DNA from: Balanoglossus misakiensis
Lineage: Eukaryota; Animalia; Hemichordata
Length of the DNA: 64,000 nucleotides
Reading direction: 5' to 3'
Assembly: GCA_040954595.2 (NCBI GenBank)
Contig: CM082581.2
Coordinates: 2,410,699 to 2,474,698, forward strand
This document shows positions 46,830-60,800 of this stretch, piece by piece (the stretch's first letter is position 1; every line of letters starts with the position of its first letter). The translations under genes and the position numbers were made by a program. The notes beneath the pieces are model-generated. The model saw only the letters and a program-made list of their open reading frames with translations. It made no database searches and was not told where the DNA came from.

Positions 46830-47700
46830 GATTGTTCGAAGTTAGCGATTTGTGGCGGTGTTGTGGGTGATCTTTGTGGCACCCGACCTCGATGCATATG
46901 TGCGCAAAACGACAGTAGGTGCGGTTGCAGCCCGGTGGGTTTTGGAAATCGAAACAAATTTCCTAGCCTTTCGAATCATAACTGCGACCTTTGGAGTTGC
47001 CTGTGGTATTTTTCCCTTTCTGCTGAGGCGCGACTTGCCGCTCATCAAGGTGATAGAGTGACAGGTGAAGGTCTACGGCTCCCCACGCGAGCGAATCGGC
47101 AGCCTGCTTTTTCCTGCACTCGTGATCGTAAGTCAGGACCGATGGGATTGTGAATGATTGAGCGTAGTCACCAATATTAATTGTATGATCGAGATATGCC
47201 AGTGTCTCTTCCGTGGACATACCGCGGGCGATCAGTGCCTTTAAAATGCGGGCATTGGCTGATATCCACTGTGGCAGTGAAACTTGGTCCGGTCGCGGTC
47301 GTTGTTTTGCTGTTCGCATAACTAATTTTGTGTCTCCGTCGGCGGCCAGTTCAGTTTCGTCTGGTTGATCGAACGAACCCTTTTTCGTGGTGACATAGTC
47401 CGGAATTAGTAGGGGTTTTCGCTCACCTTTCCCGGGGGCTGGCTTTGCGTTTGTGGCCTGTGGTTGGTCGGACAGGACGTCTTTGAGGGCATCGTTGCCT
47501 AGGGCTTCGAGGAGCTCATTCAATGCCTTGTTTTTTGCCAACTATTGTGTGGTTACCTCTTTGGTGGCCTCGCCGGCGGGCTTCGGCGTGTCCACGGGCT
47601 TGGATTCCGCTTTTTGAGAGCATAGTTTGTTTCGCAACTGGCGAAGCAGTCCATGTTGACCGATGTGTAGTTGTAGGTCGACAATGTCTTGGTCGCTGAG
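46821..47700 (-). pseudogene. Ngaro ORF1 (gag-like) with C-terminal Cys/His zinc finger
   Basis: ORF 46963-47541 (QWISANARIL, YDHECR..W). After an in-frame TAG the same frame continues ICFDFQNPPGCNRTYCRFAHICIEVGCHKDH. Confidence 0.75.
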
Positions 47701-48051
47701 GCACTACAGTACTTCGGAGGATGTGACCTGGGAGGTGGTTAGAGAGCTGATAGTGTCTTTTAAAAGACCCGCCGCTTCACACCATTCAACAAAGCTGTAA
47801 TCTTCTGACATTGTAACTGGTGACTATTGGGGGTATGTCGGGGAAAGATCGAAATTAAAGCAGTTTCGGCGAGCGACATACAAAATGTCCGCTGTCTGTC
47901 TGGGCAAAAAACCACGAGGTAGCCTCGTCCCAGGACCAACTCCCACATCCTCGATCCCAGCTCCATTTAAACTCCAATAAAACAAGTGTTATTGTACACA
48001 ATATTTATTACTTATATAGCACATTACACGATAAATCTCAACATGCTTTAA

Positions 48052-48846
48052 GATGGGTCCCCCGTATCTTTTTGCTCGTTGCTATGGGCCTTTATGGGAC
48101 ACTACACTCAATTTTGATCGAAACCGTTATGAACGTCCGACAAGGGGCTTGTAACTTGTTAAAAATACACACGATTGTGTGCACACCCCCTGTCCGAGTA
48201 TGTTTACGGCAGCTACCGCCCGGGCATAGGCCGCCACGCTAATACGGCAAAGCAGCGGTCAGCGATGGCGTGCGCGTCCTGTAACCAGAGTAACTGGATC
48301 GAACGCTAAAAATCCAATGTTTTGTACACAGAGATTTTGTACCGTTCACGAAAATCCCTAAGGCTTTTTTCATAGGCCACGTACGGCAGTCAAATTTGAC
48401 CTGCTTGTTGAGAACGCACTTCCGCACAGTGTGACGGATCGTTTTTTCGGTTTTCGTCGTGCTAAGAAGCGTTACCGGTGGAAGAGTGTGTCCAAAATCA
48501 CCCAAAATCGATGACTTTTTCAGGTGTGGTACGGGTATGCTGAAATCGTAGGATACAACGATAATATTCCAAATCAAAATCCGTCACGATCTTCCCTGGT
48601 TCAAGCAACTAATGAATACGTATCAAGTTCGTTTTTGAGGTCACGGAATAAAAAGCCTTAGGCTTTTGAAATTTGACCTAGCTAATTTGCATATCAATGG
48701 CGTCAGGGGGCGCGCGCTCACAATCGTGCAGATTTTTAACTAGTTACCGGCCCCGTGTTAGACTCTGAAAACGGCTTAGCCCAAATCGGGGTGTAATGTC
48801 CTACAAAGGCCCATAGCAACGAGCAAAAAGAACCGGGGGACCCATC
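48052..48846. mobile_element. Non-autonomous Kolobok-like element with TTAA TSD
   Basis: ~55-bp TIRs GATGGGTCCCCCG..TCTTTTTGCTCGTTGCTATGGGCCTTT; TTAA at 48048-48051 and 48847-48850. Purine-purine ends favour Kolobok over piggyBac. Confidence 0.8.
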
Positions 48847-48849
48847 TTA

Positions 48850-51800
48850 AATACCCATGCATATGCATTAAATACCTATGTCAAAGTGCAGAGCTTGCAT
48901 CACCATCTACTCTGATGCATCATTGAGCTTGCTTCGCCATTTGCCCTGATGCAAAGAATCAGATTCAATGTCATCGTTGCATTAGCAATGTCGAAGTACA
49001 GCGCATTTGGACACGTATTAAACTGGGCATTTACAATCAACTTGAAATCCACATATGCATTTAATACCCATGTCAAAGTGAAGTGATTGCATCACTATCT
49101 ACCCTGATGCATCATCAACCTTGCTTCGCCATTTGCCCTGATGCAAAGAATCAGATTCAATGTCATCGTTGCATTAGCAATGTCAAATTAGAGTGCTTTT
49201 GGCCAAGTATTAACCTATGGATTTACATTTAACATTAAATACCCATGTGAAAGTGCAGAGTTTGCATCACCATCTACTCTGATGCATCATTGAGCTTGCC
49301 TTGCCATTTGCCCTAATGCAAAGAATCACATCCAATGTCACCATTGCATTAGCAATGTCAAATTACAGTGCTTTTGGACACGTATTAACCCAGGGATTTA
49401 TCATCTACTTGAAATCCCCATATGCATTTAATACCCATATCAAAGTGAAGTGTTTGCATCACTATCTACCCTGATGCATCATAAAGCTTGCTACGCCATT
49501 TACCCTGATGCAAAGAATCAGATTCAATGTCATCGTTACATTAGCAATGTCAAAGTACAGTGCTTTTGGACACGTATTAACCCAGGGATTTATCATCAAC
49601 TTGAAATCCCCATATGCATTTAATACCCATGTCAAAGTGAAGTGATTGCATCACTATCTACCCTGATGCATCATCAACCTTGCTTCGCCATTTGCCCTGA
49701 TGCAAATAATCAGATTCAATGTCATCGTTGCATTAGCAATGTCAAATTAGAGTGCTTTTGGCCACGTATTAACCTATGGATTTACATTTAACATTAAATA
49801 CCCATGTGAAAGTGCAGAGTTTGCATCACCATCTACTCTGATGCATCATTGAGCTTGCTTCGCCATTTGCCCTAATGCAAAGAATCCCATTCAATGTCAC
49901 CATTGCATATGCAATGTCAAAGTACAGTGCTTTCCGCCACGTATTAACCCAGGGATTTACAGACAACTTTAAATCCCCCTGTAGGCATGTTATACCCATG
50001 TCAAAGTGCAGAGCTTGCATCACTATCTACCCTGATGCATCATCAACCTTGCTTCGCCATTTACCCTGATGCAAAGAATCAGATTCAATGTCATCGTTGC
50101 ATTAGCAATGTCAAAGTACAGTGCTTTTGGACACGTATTAACCCAGGGATTTACAGACAACTTTAAATCCCCCTGTAGGCATTTAATACCCATGTCAAAG
50201 TGCAGAGCTTGCATCACTATCTACTCTGATGCATCATCAACCTTGCTTCGCCATTTACCCTGATGCAAAGAATCAGATTCAATGTCATCGTTGCATTAGC
50301 AATGTTAAAGTACAGTGCTTTTGGACACGTATTAACCCAGGGATTTACAGACAACTTTAAATCCCCCTGTAGGCATTTTATACCCATGTCAAAGTGAAGG
50401 GCTTGAAACACCATCTTCCCAGATGCATCATCAAGCTTGCTTCGCCTTTTACCCTGATGCAAAAGATCAGAATTAAAATCACTGTTGCATTAGCAATTAC
50501 AGTGCTTTTGGCCATGTACAGTCCCAACAGAATAGAACAACTATTTGTACATTTCTGAATACGGCAAGTAGTACGTCAACCCTACGGGAACCCCTACGGG
50601 AACTATTGTTAGTTGTAGCAGAGTTTGCTGCAACAATTGTCTAAGGCCCATTTCCTTTTGTTACATTTCCGTAAAAACTATGGCAACTCCTTTACGGCAA
50701 GCCATTAACAAGGGAAGCTTAACACCTCTACCTGTAAATACTGCTGCAACACCTGTCAATTAGCCCCCACAGAGTGATGCCTTTTGTTCAAGGTGTTGAT
50801 TATTTTGCTACAACTAGAGTGATTGACAGGTCTAGAACTAGAGTGCAACATTTTTGCAACAGGTCACTGCAACATTGTATCACAAAGTTTACAAAAGAAG
50901 CTCTGTCTGAGAATAAAATGGCAAAGGGCTGACATCAAATACCAATGAAGTCAGTTTTGTAATGATGTTATGTTCATCGACAAAGTCTGAACTCTCTTGG
51001 TAACAGAACAGTCTGTGGACATGAACAGAGGTCAACACATCCCTACCCCAGTGTTGTAGAATGCACATGTTTTGCTGGGGTTTCTTTTCTTTCAAGGAGC
51101 TGGACCAATTAATATTTGAGAGATACAGCATGACCAATGGAAAATCAAACACAATGACGCATTTCACAATTGGGTTTAGCTTAAAAGACATTGGCTTTCA
51201 TTTTTTTTGACCTGCTGCCCCCCCCCCCCCTTACATGAAGACCCTGATAATAAATAGTAGGCTTGTTTACAAAATAATGTTGGCCTGCAGTACCACGTTC
51301 CGCTGCAGTTTGATCTTTAGAACAGACAAGTTTTGAGAGTCTTGACTATAATTTTGAAGGGTTTCATAAGTAGTAATGGTCTGTATTATTTCAATATTCT
51401 ATTATTACGGCAATGGATATACACTCATTTTCCGACGGGCAGTGCTTGAACATGATGGGAAGTGACTGGCAGCAATTAGTTGGCCGGTTTGGGATGAATG
51501 ACCTACATGTTTACTCATTATATATTCACGCAATTTGTTTAGTCTAAGCAAGCCCCTGCACTTGGCAGAATTTGGATACAATTTGCCTGTCAATCATTGT
51601 CTGGCTACCTCTTGCCCCCAAAGTCCGCGCCTGATAAAATACATTCAATGAGCGACCTTTATATCCAGACAGAGAGGGGGTGGCCGCAGTGAATGAATTG
51701 ATGGTAAGTTTCAAATTCACATGTAAAATTTTAACATTTTCTGTTCAAATCCAGCCAGTTCAATGTATTGTTTAATCAACATTCCTGAAATAAAAAAGTT

Positions 51801-54800
51801 GACAACAAAGTGATTACTACGAGCGGGCATGCATGACAGTATTGATCGCTGAACTTTCAACAAAATACAGTGGTATAGTGGTTTAGTCCAAATGCTTCTT
51901 TGTCAAGCTCTCGGGTGCGTGAATATTCATGAGAAACTTATTACTGCGAACGTACATTCACAACATGAAACTAGTCCTATTATTTCAGAGCACTTGCCAA
52001 GTGGTCAAATCATGGTGGTAAAAGATGAGTGGCCGGCAAGACCGGGCCTAGACGTCCTCCACCTGTGTCAAATGGCTTTTGATGTGAATAATACTTTGCA
52101 TAAATTACGAGATCAACATGTGTGGTAGTGCCGGTAGTATCGATCGATCGACCTGGTAAAAAGATGAGCGGCTAGACGTCCTGCTGCCGTGTCTAACAGC
52201 TTTTGACGTGAATAATAATTTGAATAAATTACGAGGTCAACATGTGGCCGATTTCATCATGTAAATAAAAAGCACATGGGTCCAAAAGTTTCAGGCACTC
52301 TGATATGCATAGTGGTGTCAGAGGTGTTTCCCACACCAAAACTTAGAAGACAGTCATTTCAATTACGGCCTCCTGCCAAACTCAACACATGCGCACAAAA
52401 TGGAACTGCAACTTTATTCACAAATCTGCAGAATTCTAGTGCAAAAAACAGACAAACTCAAAATACACATCGCACCATGGTTCACTCTGAATTACATGTA
52501 TTTGGACTTTCACTGGGCCATGTCTCTGCTTGATAGCATCAGGTTTGCAACACATTGTTGCCAAATTTACACATATTGACAAGGTAATCAAAACAACAGG
52601 TGTTTTATTACTCAGGGTATCACTAATGCCAGGGAGGTCCGTCTGCGTCTATTTGGTCACCAGCATGGCACACGTCCTGTAATTATAATTGCTGTTTTGA
52701 GTGCGTCTTTACCTAATTTGAATATCCTGATCAGGTTGTTGGCCTTGCCCTAGTTGTCTCAAAATGTACATTGATACAAACAATTGCAACATATTAGTCA
52801 ATACCCTGCCAACTTACGCCAAGTGTACATGTTGTTATGGAAGTTTATTTTTAGAACCGCTTGCTTTCTGCATAGGTCACAACACAAAACTTTGAAGCCC
52901 GTCAGCTAGCCCTGCATAGCGTATGTAAAGCTACTGAGACAGGGGAAATATTAGTAAGGTTGACAACTGACTTGCTCGCTATCAAGATTTAGAAGGAATT
53001 TATTTGCTTAGTGAGGCCAGGACATAAATTGCCCCCAACCAAGCAAAATCCACGTGGGTGGAGCTCATTATCACACATAGACATTGCTACAACTATTGTT
53101 CACATCAGGGTGATAATCACCTCCCCATTAGCCCTTCTTGCTGTAACACCTGCCCCAAATTGCCGTAATGGAGCACACATTCTTTTGTTTCAAACTACGG
53201 GAACCTTTGTAGTTGCCGTAAACTAAGACAAAAAACATCAATTAACCAACAAAAGAGGTGTTGCCGTAACATCTCTGCTACAACACTGCTACAACTAGTG
53301 CGGGAACTTTCCCGTACAGTTTAGTTGTTGTACGCTGTTGGGACTGTATTAACCCAGGGATTTACAGTCAACTTTAAATACTCATGCATATGCATTGAAA
53401 ACCTATGTCAAAGTGCAGAGCTTGCATCACCATCTACTCTGATGCATCATAAAGCTTGCTTCGCCATTTGCCCTAATGCAAAGAATCACATTCAATGGCA
53501 TCATTGCATTAGCAATGTCAAAGTACAGTGCTTTTGGACACGTATTAACCTACGGAATTTTCAACAACTTGATATCCCCATATGCATTTAATACCCATGT
53601 CAAAGTGAAGTGTTTGCATCACCATCTACTCTGATGCATCATTGAGCTTGCTTCGCCATTTGCCCTAATGCAAAGAATCACATTCAATGTCACCATTGCA
53701 TTAGCAATGTCAAAGTACAGTGCTTTCCGCCACGTATTAAAATGGGGATTTACAGACAACTTTAAATCCCCCTGTAGGCATTTTATACCCAAGTTCAAGT
53801 GCAGAGCTTGCATCACTATCTACCCTGATGCATCATCAACCTTGCTTCGCCATTTACCCTGATGCAAAGAATCAGATTCAATGTCATCGTTGCATTAGCC
53901 ATGTCAAAGTACAGTGCTTTTGGACACATATTAACCCAGGGATTTATCATCAACTTGAAATCCCCATATGCATTTAATACCCATGTCAAAGTGAAGTGTT
54001 TGCATCACTATCTTCCCTGATGCATCATAAAGCTTGCTACGCCATTTACCCTGATGCAAAGAATCAGATTCAATATCATCGTTACATTAGCAATGTCAAT
54101 GTACAGTGCTTTTGGACACGTATTAACCCAGGGATTTATCATCAACTTGAAATCCCCATATGCATTTAATACCCATGTCAAAGTGAAGTGATTGCATCAC
54201 TATCTACCCTGATGCATCATCAACCTTGCTTCGCCATTTGCCCTGATGCAAAGAATCAGATTCAATGTGATCGTTGCATTAGCAATGTCAAATTAGAGTG
54301 CTTTTGGCCACGTATTAACCTATGGATTTACATTTAACATTAAATACCCATGTGAAAGTGCAGAGTTTGCATCACCATCTACTCTGATGCATCATTGAGC
54401 TTGCTTCGCCATTTGCCCTAATGCAAAGAATCCCATTCAATGTCACCATTGCATATGCAATGTCAAAGTACAGTGCTTTCCACCACGTATTAACCCAGGG
54501 ATTTACAGACAACTTTAAATCCCCCTGTAGGCATTTTATACCCATGTCAAAGTGCAGAGCTTGCATCACTATCTACCCTGATGCATCATCAACCTTGCTT
54601 CACCATTTGCCCTAACGCAAAGAATTACATTCAATGTCATCGTTGCATTAGCAATGTCAAAGTACAGTGCTTTTGGACACGTATTAACCCAGGGATTTAC
54701 AGACAACTTTAAATCCCCCTGTAGGCATTTTATACCCATGTCAAAGTGAAGTGTTTGCATCACTATCTACCCTGATGCATCATAAAGCTTGCTACGCCAT

Positions 54801-57800
54801 TTACCCTGATGCAAAGAAACAGATTCAATGTCATCATTGCATTAGCAATGTCAAAGTACAGTGCTTTTGGCCACGTATTAACCTATGGATTTACATTTAA
54901 CATTAAATACCCATGTGAAAGTGCAGAGTTTGCATCACCATCTACTCTGATGCATCATTGAGCTTGCTTCGCCATTTGCCCTAATGCAAACAATCCCATT
55001 CAATGTCACCATTGCATATGCAATATCGAAGTACAGTGCTTTACGCCACGTATTAACCCACAGATTTTTCAACAACCTGAAATCCCCATATGCATTTAAT
55101 ACCCATGTCAAAGTGAAGTGTTTGCATCACTATCTACCCTGATGCATCATAAAGCTTGCTACGCCATTTACCCTGATGCAAAGAATCAGATTCAATGTCA
55201 TCGTTACATTAGCAATGTCAAAGTACAGTGCTTTTGGACACGTATTAACCCAGGGATTTATCATCAACTTGAATTCCCCATATTCGTTTAATACCCATGT
55301 CAAAGTGAAATGATTGCTTCACTACCTACCCTGATGCATCATCAACCTTGCTTCGCCATTTGCCCTGATGCAAAGAATCAGATTCAATGAGATCGTTGCA
55401 TTAGCAATGTCAAATTAGAGTGCTTTTGGCCACGTATTAACCTATGGATTTACATTTAACATTAAATACCCATGTGAAAGTGCAGAGTTTGCATCACCAT
55501 CTACTCTGATGCATCATTGAGCTTGCTTCGCCATTTGCCCTAATGCAAAGAATCCCATTCAATGTCACCATTGCATATGCAATGTCAAAGTACAGTGCTT
55601 TCCGCCACGTATTAACCCAGGGATTTACAGACAACTTTAAATCCCCCTGTAGGCATTTTATACCCATGTCAAAGTGCAGAGCTTGCATCACTATCTACCC
55701 TGATGCATCATAAAGCTTACTACGCCATTTACCCTGGTGCAAAGAATCAGATTCAATGTCATCATTGCATTAGCAATGTCAAAGTACAATGCTTTTGGAC
55801 ACGTATTAACCCACAGATTTTTCAACAACCTGAAATCCCCATATGCATTTAATACCCATGTCAAAGTGAAGTGTTTGCATCACTATCTACCCTGATGCAT
55901 CATAAAGCTTGCTACGCCATTTACCCTGATGCAAAGAATCAGATTCAATGTCATCGTTACATTAGCAATGTCAAAGTACAGTGCTTTTGGACAAATATTA
56001 ACCCAGGGATTTATCATCAACTTGAAATCCCCATATGCATTTAATACCCATGTCAAAGTGAAGTGATTGCATCACTATCTATCCTGATGCATCATCAACC
56101 TTGCTTCGCCATTTGCCCTGATGCAAAGAATCAGATTCAATGTCATCGTTGCATTAGCAATGTCAAATTAGAGTGCTTTTGGCCACGTATTAACCTATGG
56201 ATTTACATTTAACATTAAATACCCATGTGAAAGTGCAGAGTTTGCATCACCATCTACTCTGATGCATCATTGAGCTTGCTTCGCCATTTGCCCTAATGCA
56301 AACAATCCCATTCAATGTCACCATTGCATATGCAATATCGAAGTACAGTGCTTTACGCCACGTATTAACCCACAGATTTTTCAACAACCTGAAATCCCCA
56401 TATGCATTTAATACCCATGTCAAAGTGAAGTGTTTGCATCACTATCTACCCTGATGCATCATAAAGCTTGCTACGCCATTTACCCTGATGCAAAGAATCA
56501 GATTCAATGTCATCGTTACATTAGCAATGTCAAAGTACAGTGCTTTTGGACACGTATTAACCCAGGGATTTATCATCAACTTGAATTCCCCATATTCATT
56601 TAATACCCATGTCAAAGTGAAATGATTGCTTCACTACCTACCCTGATGCATCATCAACCTTGCTTCGCCATTTGCCCTGATGCAAAGAATCAGATTCAAT
56701 GAGATCGTTGCATTAGCAATGTCAAATTAGAGTGCTTTTGGCCACGTATTAACCTATGGATTTACATTTAACATTAAATACCCATGTGAAAGTGCAGAGT
56801 TTGCATCACCATCTACTCTGATGCATCATTGAGCTTGCTTCGCCATTTGCCCTAATGCAAAGAATCCCATTCAATGTCACCAGTGCATATGCAATGTCAA
56901 AGTACAGTGCTTTCCGCCACGTATTAACCCAGGGATTTACAGACAACTTTAAATCCCCCTGTAGGCATTTTATACCCATGTCAAAGTGCAGAGCTTGCAT
57001 CACTATCTACCCTGATGCATCATAAAGCTTACTACGCCATTTACCCTGGTGCAAAGAATCAGATTCAATGTCATCATTGCATTAGCAATGTCAAAGTACA
57101 ATGCTTTTGGACACGTATTAACCCACAGATTTTTCAACAACCTGAAATCCCCATATGCATTTAATACCCATGTCAAAGTGAAGTGTTTGCATCACTATCT
57201 ACCCTGATGCATCATAAAGCTTGCTACGCCATTTACCCTGATGCAAAGAATCAGATTCAATGTCATCGTTACATTAGCAATGTCAAAGTACAGTGCTTTT
57301 GGACAAATATTAACCCAGGGATTTATCATCAACTTGAAATCCCCATATGCATTTAATACCCATGTCAAAGTGAAGTGACTGCATCACTATCTATCCTGAT
57401 GCATCATCAACCTTGCTTCGCCATTTGCCCTGATGCAAAGAATCAGATTCAATGTCATCGTTGCATTAGCAATGTCAAATTAGAGTGCTTTTGGCCACGT
57501 ATTAACCTATGGATTTACATTTAACATTAAATACCCATGTGAAAGTGCAGAGTTTGCATCACCATCTACTTTGATGCATCATTGAGCTTGCTTCGCCATT
57601 TGCCCTAATGCAAAGAATCCCATTCAATGTCACCATTGCATATGCAATGTCAAAGTACAGTGCTTTCCGCCACGTATTAACCCAGGGATTTACAGACAAC
57701 TTTAAATCCCCCAGTAGGCATTTTACACCCATGTCAAAGTGCAGAGCTTGCATCACTATCTACCCTGATGCATTATCAACCTTGCTTCGCCATTTACCCT

Positions 57801-60800
57801 GATGCAAAGAATCAGATTCAATGTCATCGTTGCATTAGCAATGTCAAAGTACAGTGCTTTTGGACACGTATTAACCCAGGGATTTACAGACAACTTTAAA
57901 TCCCCCTGTAGGCATTTTATACCCATGTCAAAGTGAAGTGTTTGCATCACTATCTACCCTGATGCATCATCAACCTTGCTACGCCATTTACCCTGATGCA
58001 AAGAATCAGATTCAATGTCATCATTGCATTAGCAATGTCAAAGTACAGTGCTTTTCGACACGTATTAACCCACAGATTTTTCAACAACCTGAAATCCCCA
58101 TATGCATTTAATACCCATGTCAAAGTGAAGTGTTTGCATCACTATCTACCCTGATGCATCATAAAGCTTGCTACGCCATTTACCCTGATGCAAAGAATCA
58201 GATTCAATGTCATCGTTACATTAGCAATGTCAAAGTACAGTGCTTTTGGACACGTATTAACCCAGGGATTTATCATCAACTTGAAATCCACATATGCATT
58301 TAATACCCATGTCAAAGTGAAGTGATTGCATCACTATCTACCCTGATGCATCATCAACCTTGCTTCGCCATTTGCCCAGATGCAAAGAATCAGATTCAAT
58401 GTCATCGTTGCATTAGCAATGTCAAATTAGAGTGCTTTTGGCCACGTATTAACCTATGGATTTACATTTAACATTAAATACCCATGTGAAAGTGCAGAGT
58501 TTGCATCACCATCTACTCTGATGCATCATTGAGCTTGCTTCGCCATTTGCCCTAATGCAAAGAATCCCATTCAATGTCACCATTGCATATGCAATATCGA
58601 AGTACAGTGCTTTACGCCACGTATTAACCCACAGATTTTTCAACAACCTGAAATCCCCAGTAGGCATTTTATACCCATGTCAAAGTGAAGTGTTTGCATC
58701 ACTATCTACCCTGATGCATCATAAAGCTTGCTTCGTCATTTACCCTGATGCAAAGAATCAGATTCAATGTCATCGTTGCATTAGCAATGTCAAAGTACAG
58801 TGCTTTTGGACACGTATTAACCCAGGGATTTACAGACAACTTTAAATCCCCCTGTAGGCATTTTATACCCATGTCAAAGTGAAGTGTTTGCATCACTATC
58901 TACCCTGATGCATCATAAAGCTTGCTACGCCATTTACCCTGATGCAAAGAATCAGATTCAATGTCATCATTGCATTAGCAATGTCAAAGTACAGTGCTTT
59001 TCGACACGTATTAACCCACAGATTTTTCAACAACCTGAAATCCCCATATGCATTTAATACCCATGTCAAAGTGAAGTGTTTGCATCACTATCTACCCTGA
59101 TGCATCATAAAGCTTGCTACGCCATTTACCCTGATGCAAAGAATCAGATTCAATGTCATCGTTACATTAGCAATGTCAAAGTACAGTGCTTTTGGACACG
59201 TATTAACCCAGGGATTTATCATCAACTTGAAATCCCCATATGCATTTAATACCCATGTCAAAGTGAAGTGATTGCATCACTATCTACCCTGATGCATCAT
59301 CAACCTTGCTTCGCCATTTGCCAAGATGCAAAGAATCAGATTCAATGTCATCGTTGCATTAGCAATGTCAAATTAGAGTGCTTTTGGCCATGTATTAAGC
59401 TATGGATTTACATTTAACATTAAATACCCATGTGAAAGTGCAGAGTTTGCATCACCATCTACTCTGATGCATCATTGAGCTTGCTTCGCCATTTGCCCTA
59501 ATGCAAAGAATCCCATTCAATGTCACCATTGCATATGCAATGTCAAAGTACAGTGCTTTCAGCCACGTATTAACCCAGGGATTTACAGACAACTTTAAAT
59601 CCCCCTGTAGGCATTTTATACCCATGTCAAAGTGCAGAGCTTGCATCACTATCTACCCTGATGCATCATCAACCTTGCTACGCCATTTACCCTGATGCAA
59701 AGAATCAGATTCAATGTCATCGTTGCATTAGCAATGTCAAAGTACAGTGCTTTTCGACACGTATTAACCCACAGATTTTTCAACAACCTGAAATCCCCAT
59801 ATGCATTTAATACCCATGTCAAAGTGAAGTGTTTGCATCACTATCTACCCTGATGCGTCATAAAGCTTGCTACGCCATTTACCCTGATGCAAAGAATCAG
59901 ATTCAATGTCATCGTTGCATTAGCAATGTCAAAGTACAGTGCTTTTGGACACGTATTAACCCACAGATTTTTCAACAACCTGAAATCCCCATATGCATTT
60001 AATACCCATGTCAAAGTGAAGTGATTGCATCACTATCTACCCTGATGCATCATAAAGCTTGCTACGCCATTTACCCTGATGCAAAGAATCAGATTCGATG
60101 TCATCGTTGCATTAGCAATGTCAAATTAGAGTGCTTTTGGCCACGTATTAACCCACAGATTTTTCAACAACCTGAAATCCCCATATGCATTTAATACCCA
60201 TGTCAAAGTGAAGTGTTTGCATCACTATCTACCCTGATGCATCATAAAGCTTGCTACGCCATTTACCCTGATGCAAAGAATCAGATTCAATGTCATCGTT
60301 GTATTAGCAATGTCAAAGTACAGTGCTTTTGGACACGTATTAACCCAGGGATTTATCATCAACTTGAAATCCCCATATGCATTTAATACCAATGTCAAAG
60401 TGAAGTGATTGCATCACTATCTATCCTGATGCATCATCAACCTTGCTTCGCCATTTGCCCTGATGCAAAGAATCAGATTCAATGTCATCGTTGCATTAGC
60501 AATGTCAAATTAGAGTGCTTTTGGCCACGTATTAACCTATGGATTTACATTTAACATTCAATACCCATGTGAAAGTGCAGAGTTTGCATCACCATCTACT
60601 CTGATGCATCATTGAGCTTGCTTCGCCATTTGCCCTAATGCAAAGAATCCCATTCAATGTCACCATTGCATATGCAATGTCAAAGTACAGTGCTTTCCGC
60701 CACGTATTAACCCAGGGATTTACAGACAACTTTAAATCCCCCAGTAGGCATTTTATACCCATGTCAAAGTGAAGTGTTTGCATCACTATCTACCCTGATG

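Larger units (their letters stand above)
30902..47999 (-). mobile_element. Ngaro-type tyrosine-recombinase retrotransposon (~4.2 kb without its insertion), interrupted by the RAG1-related transposon
   Basis: Split direct repeats A1 47884-47999, B1 31256-31372, A2 31139-31255, B2 30902-31018. gag, RT-RNase H and YR ORFs in Ngaro order. Confidence 0.93.
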
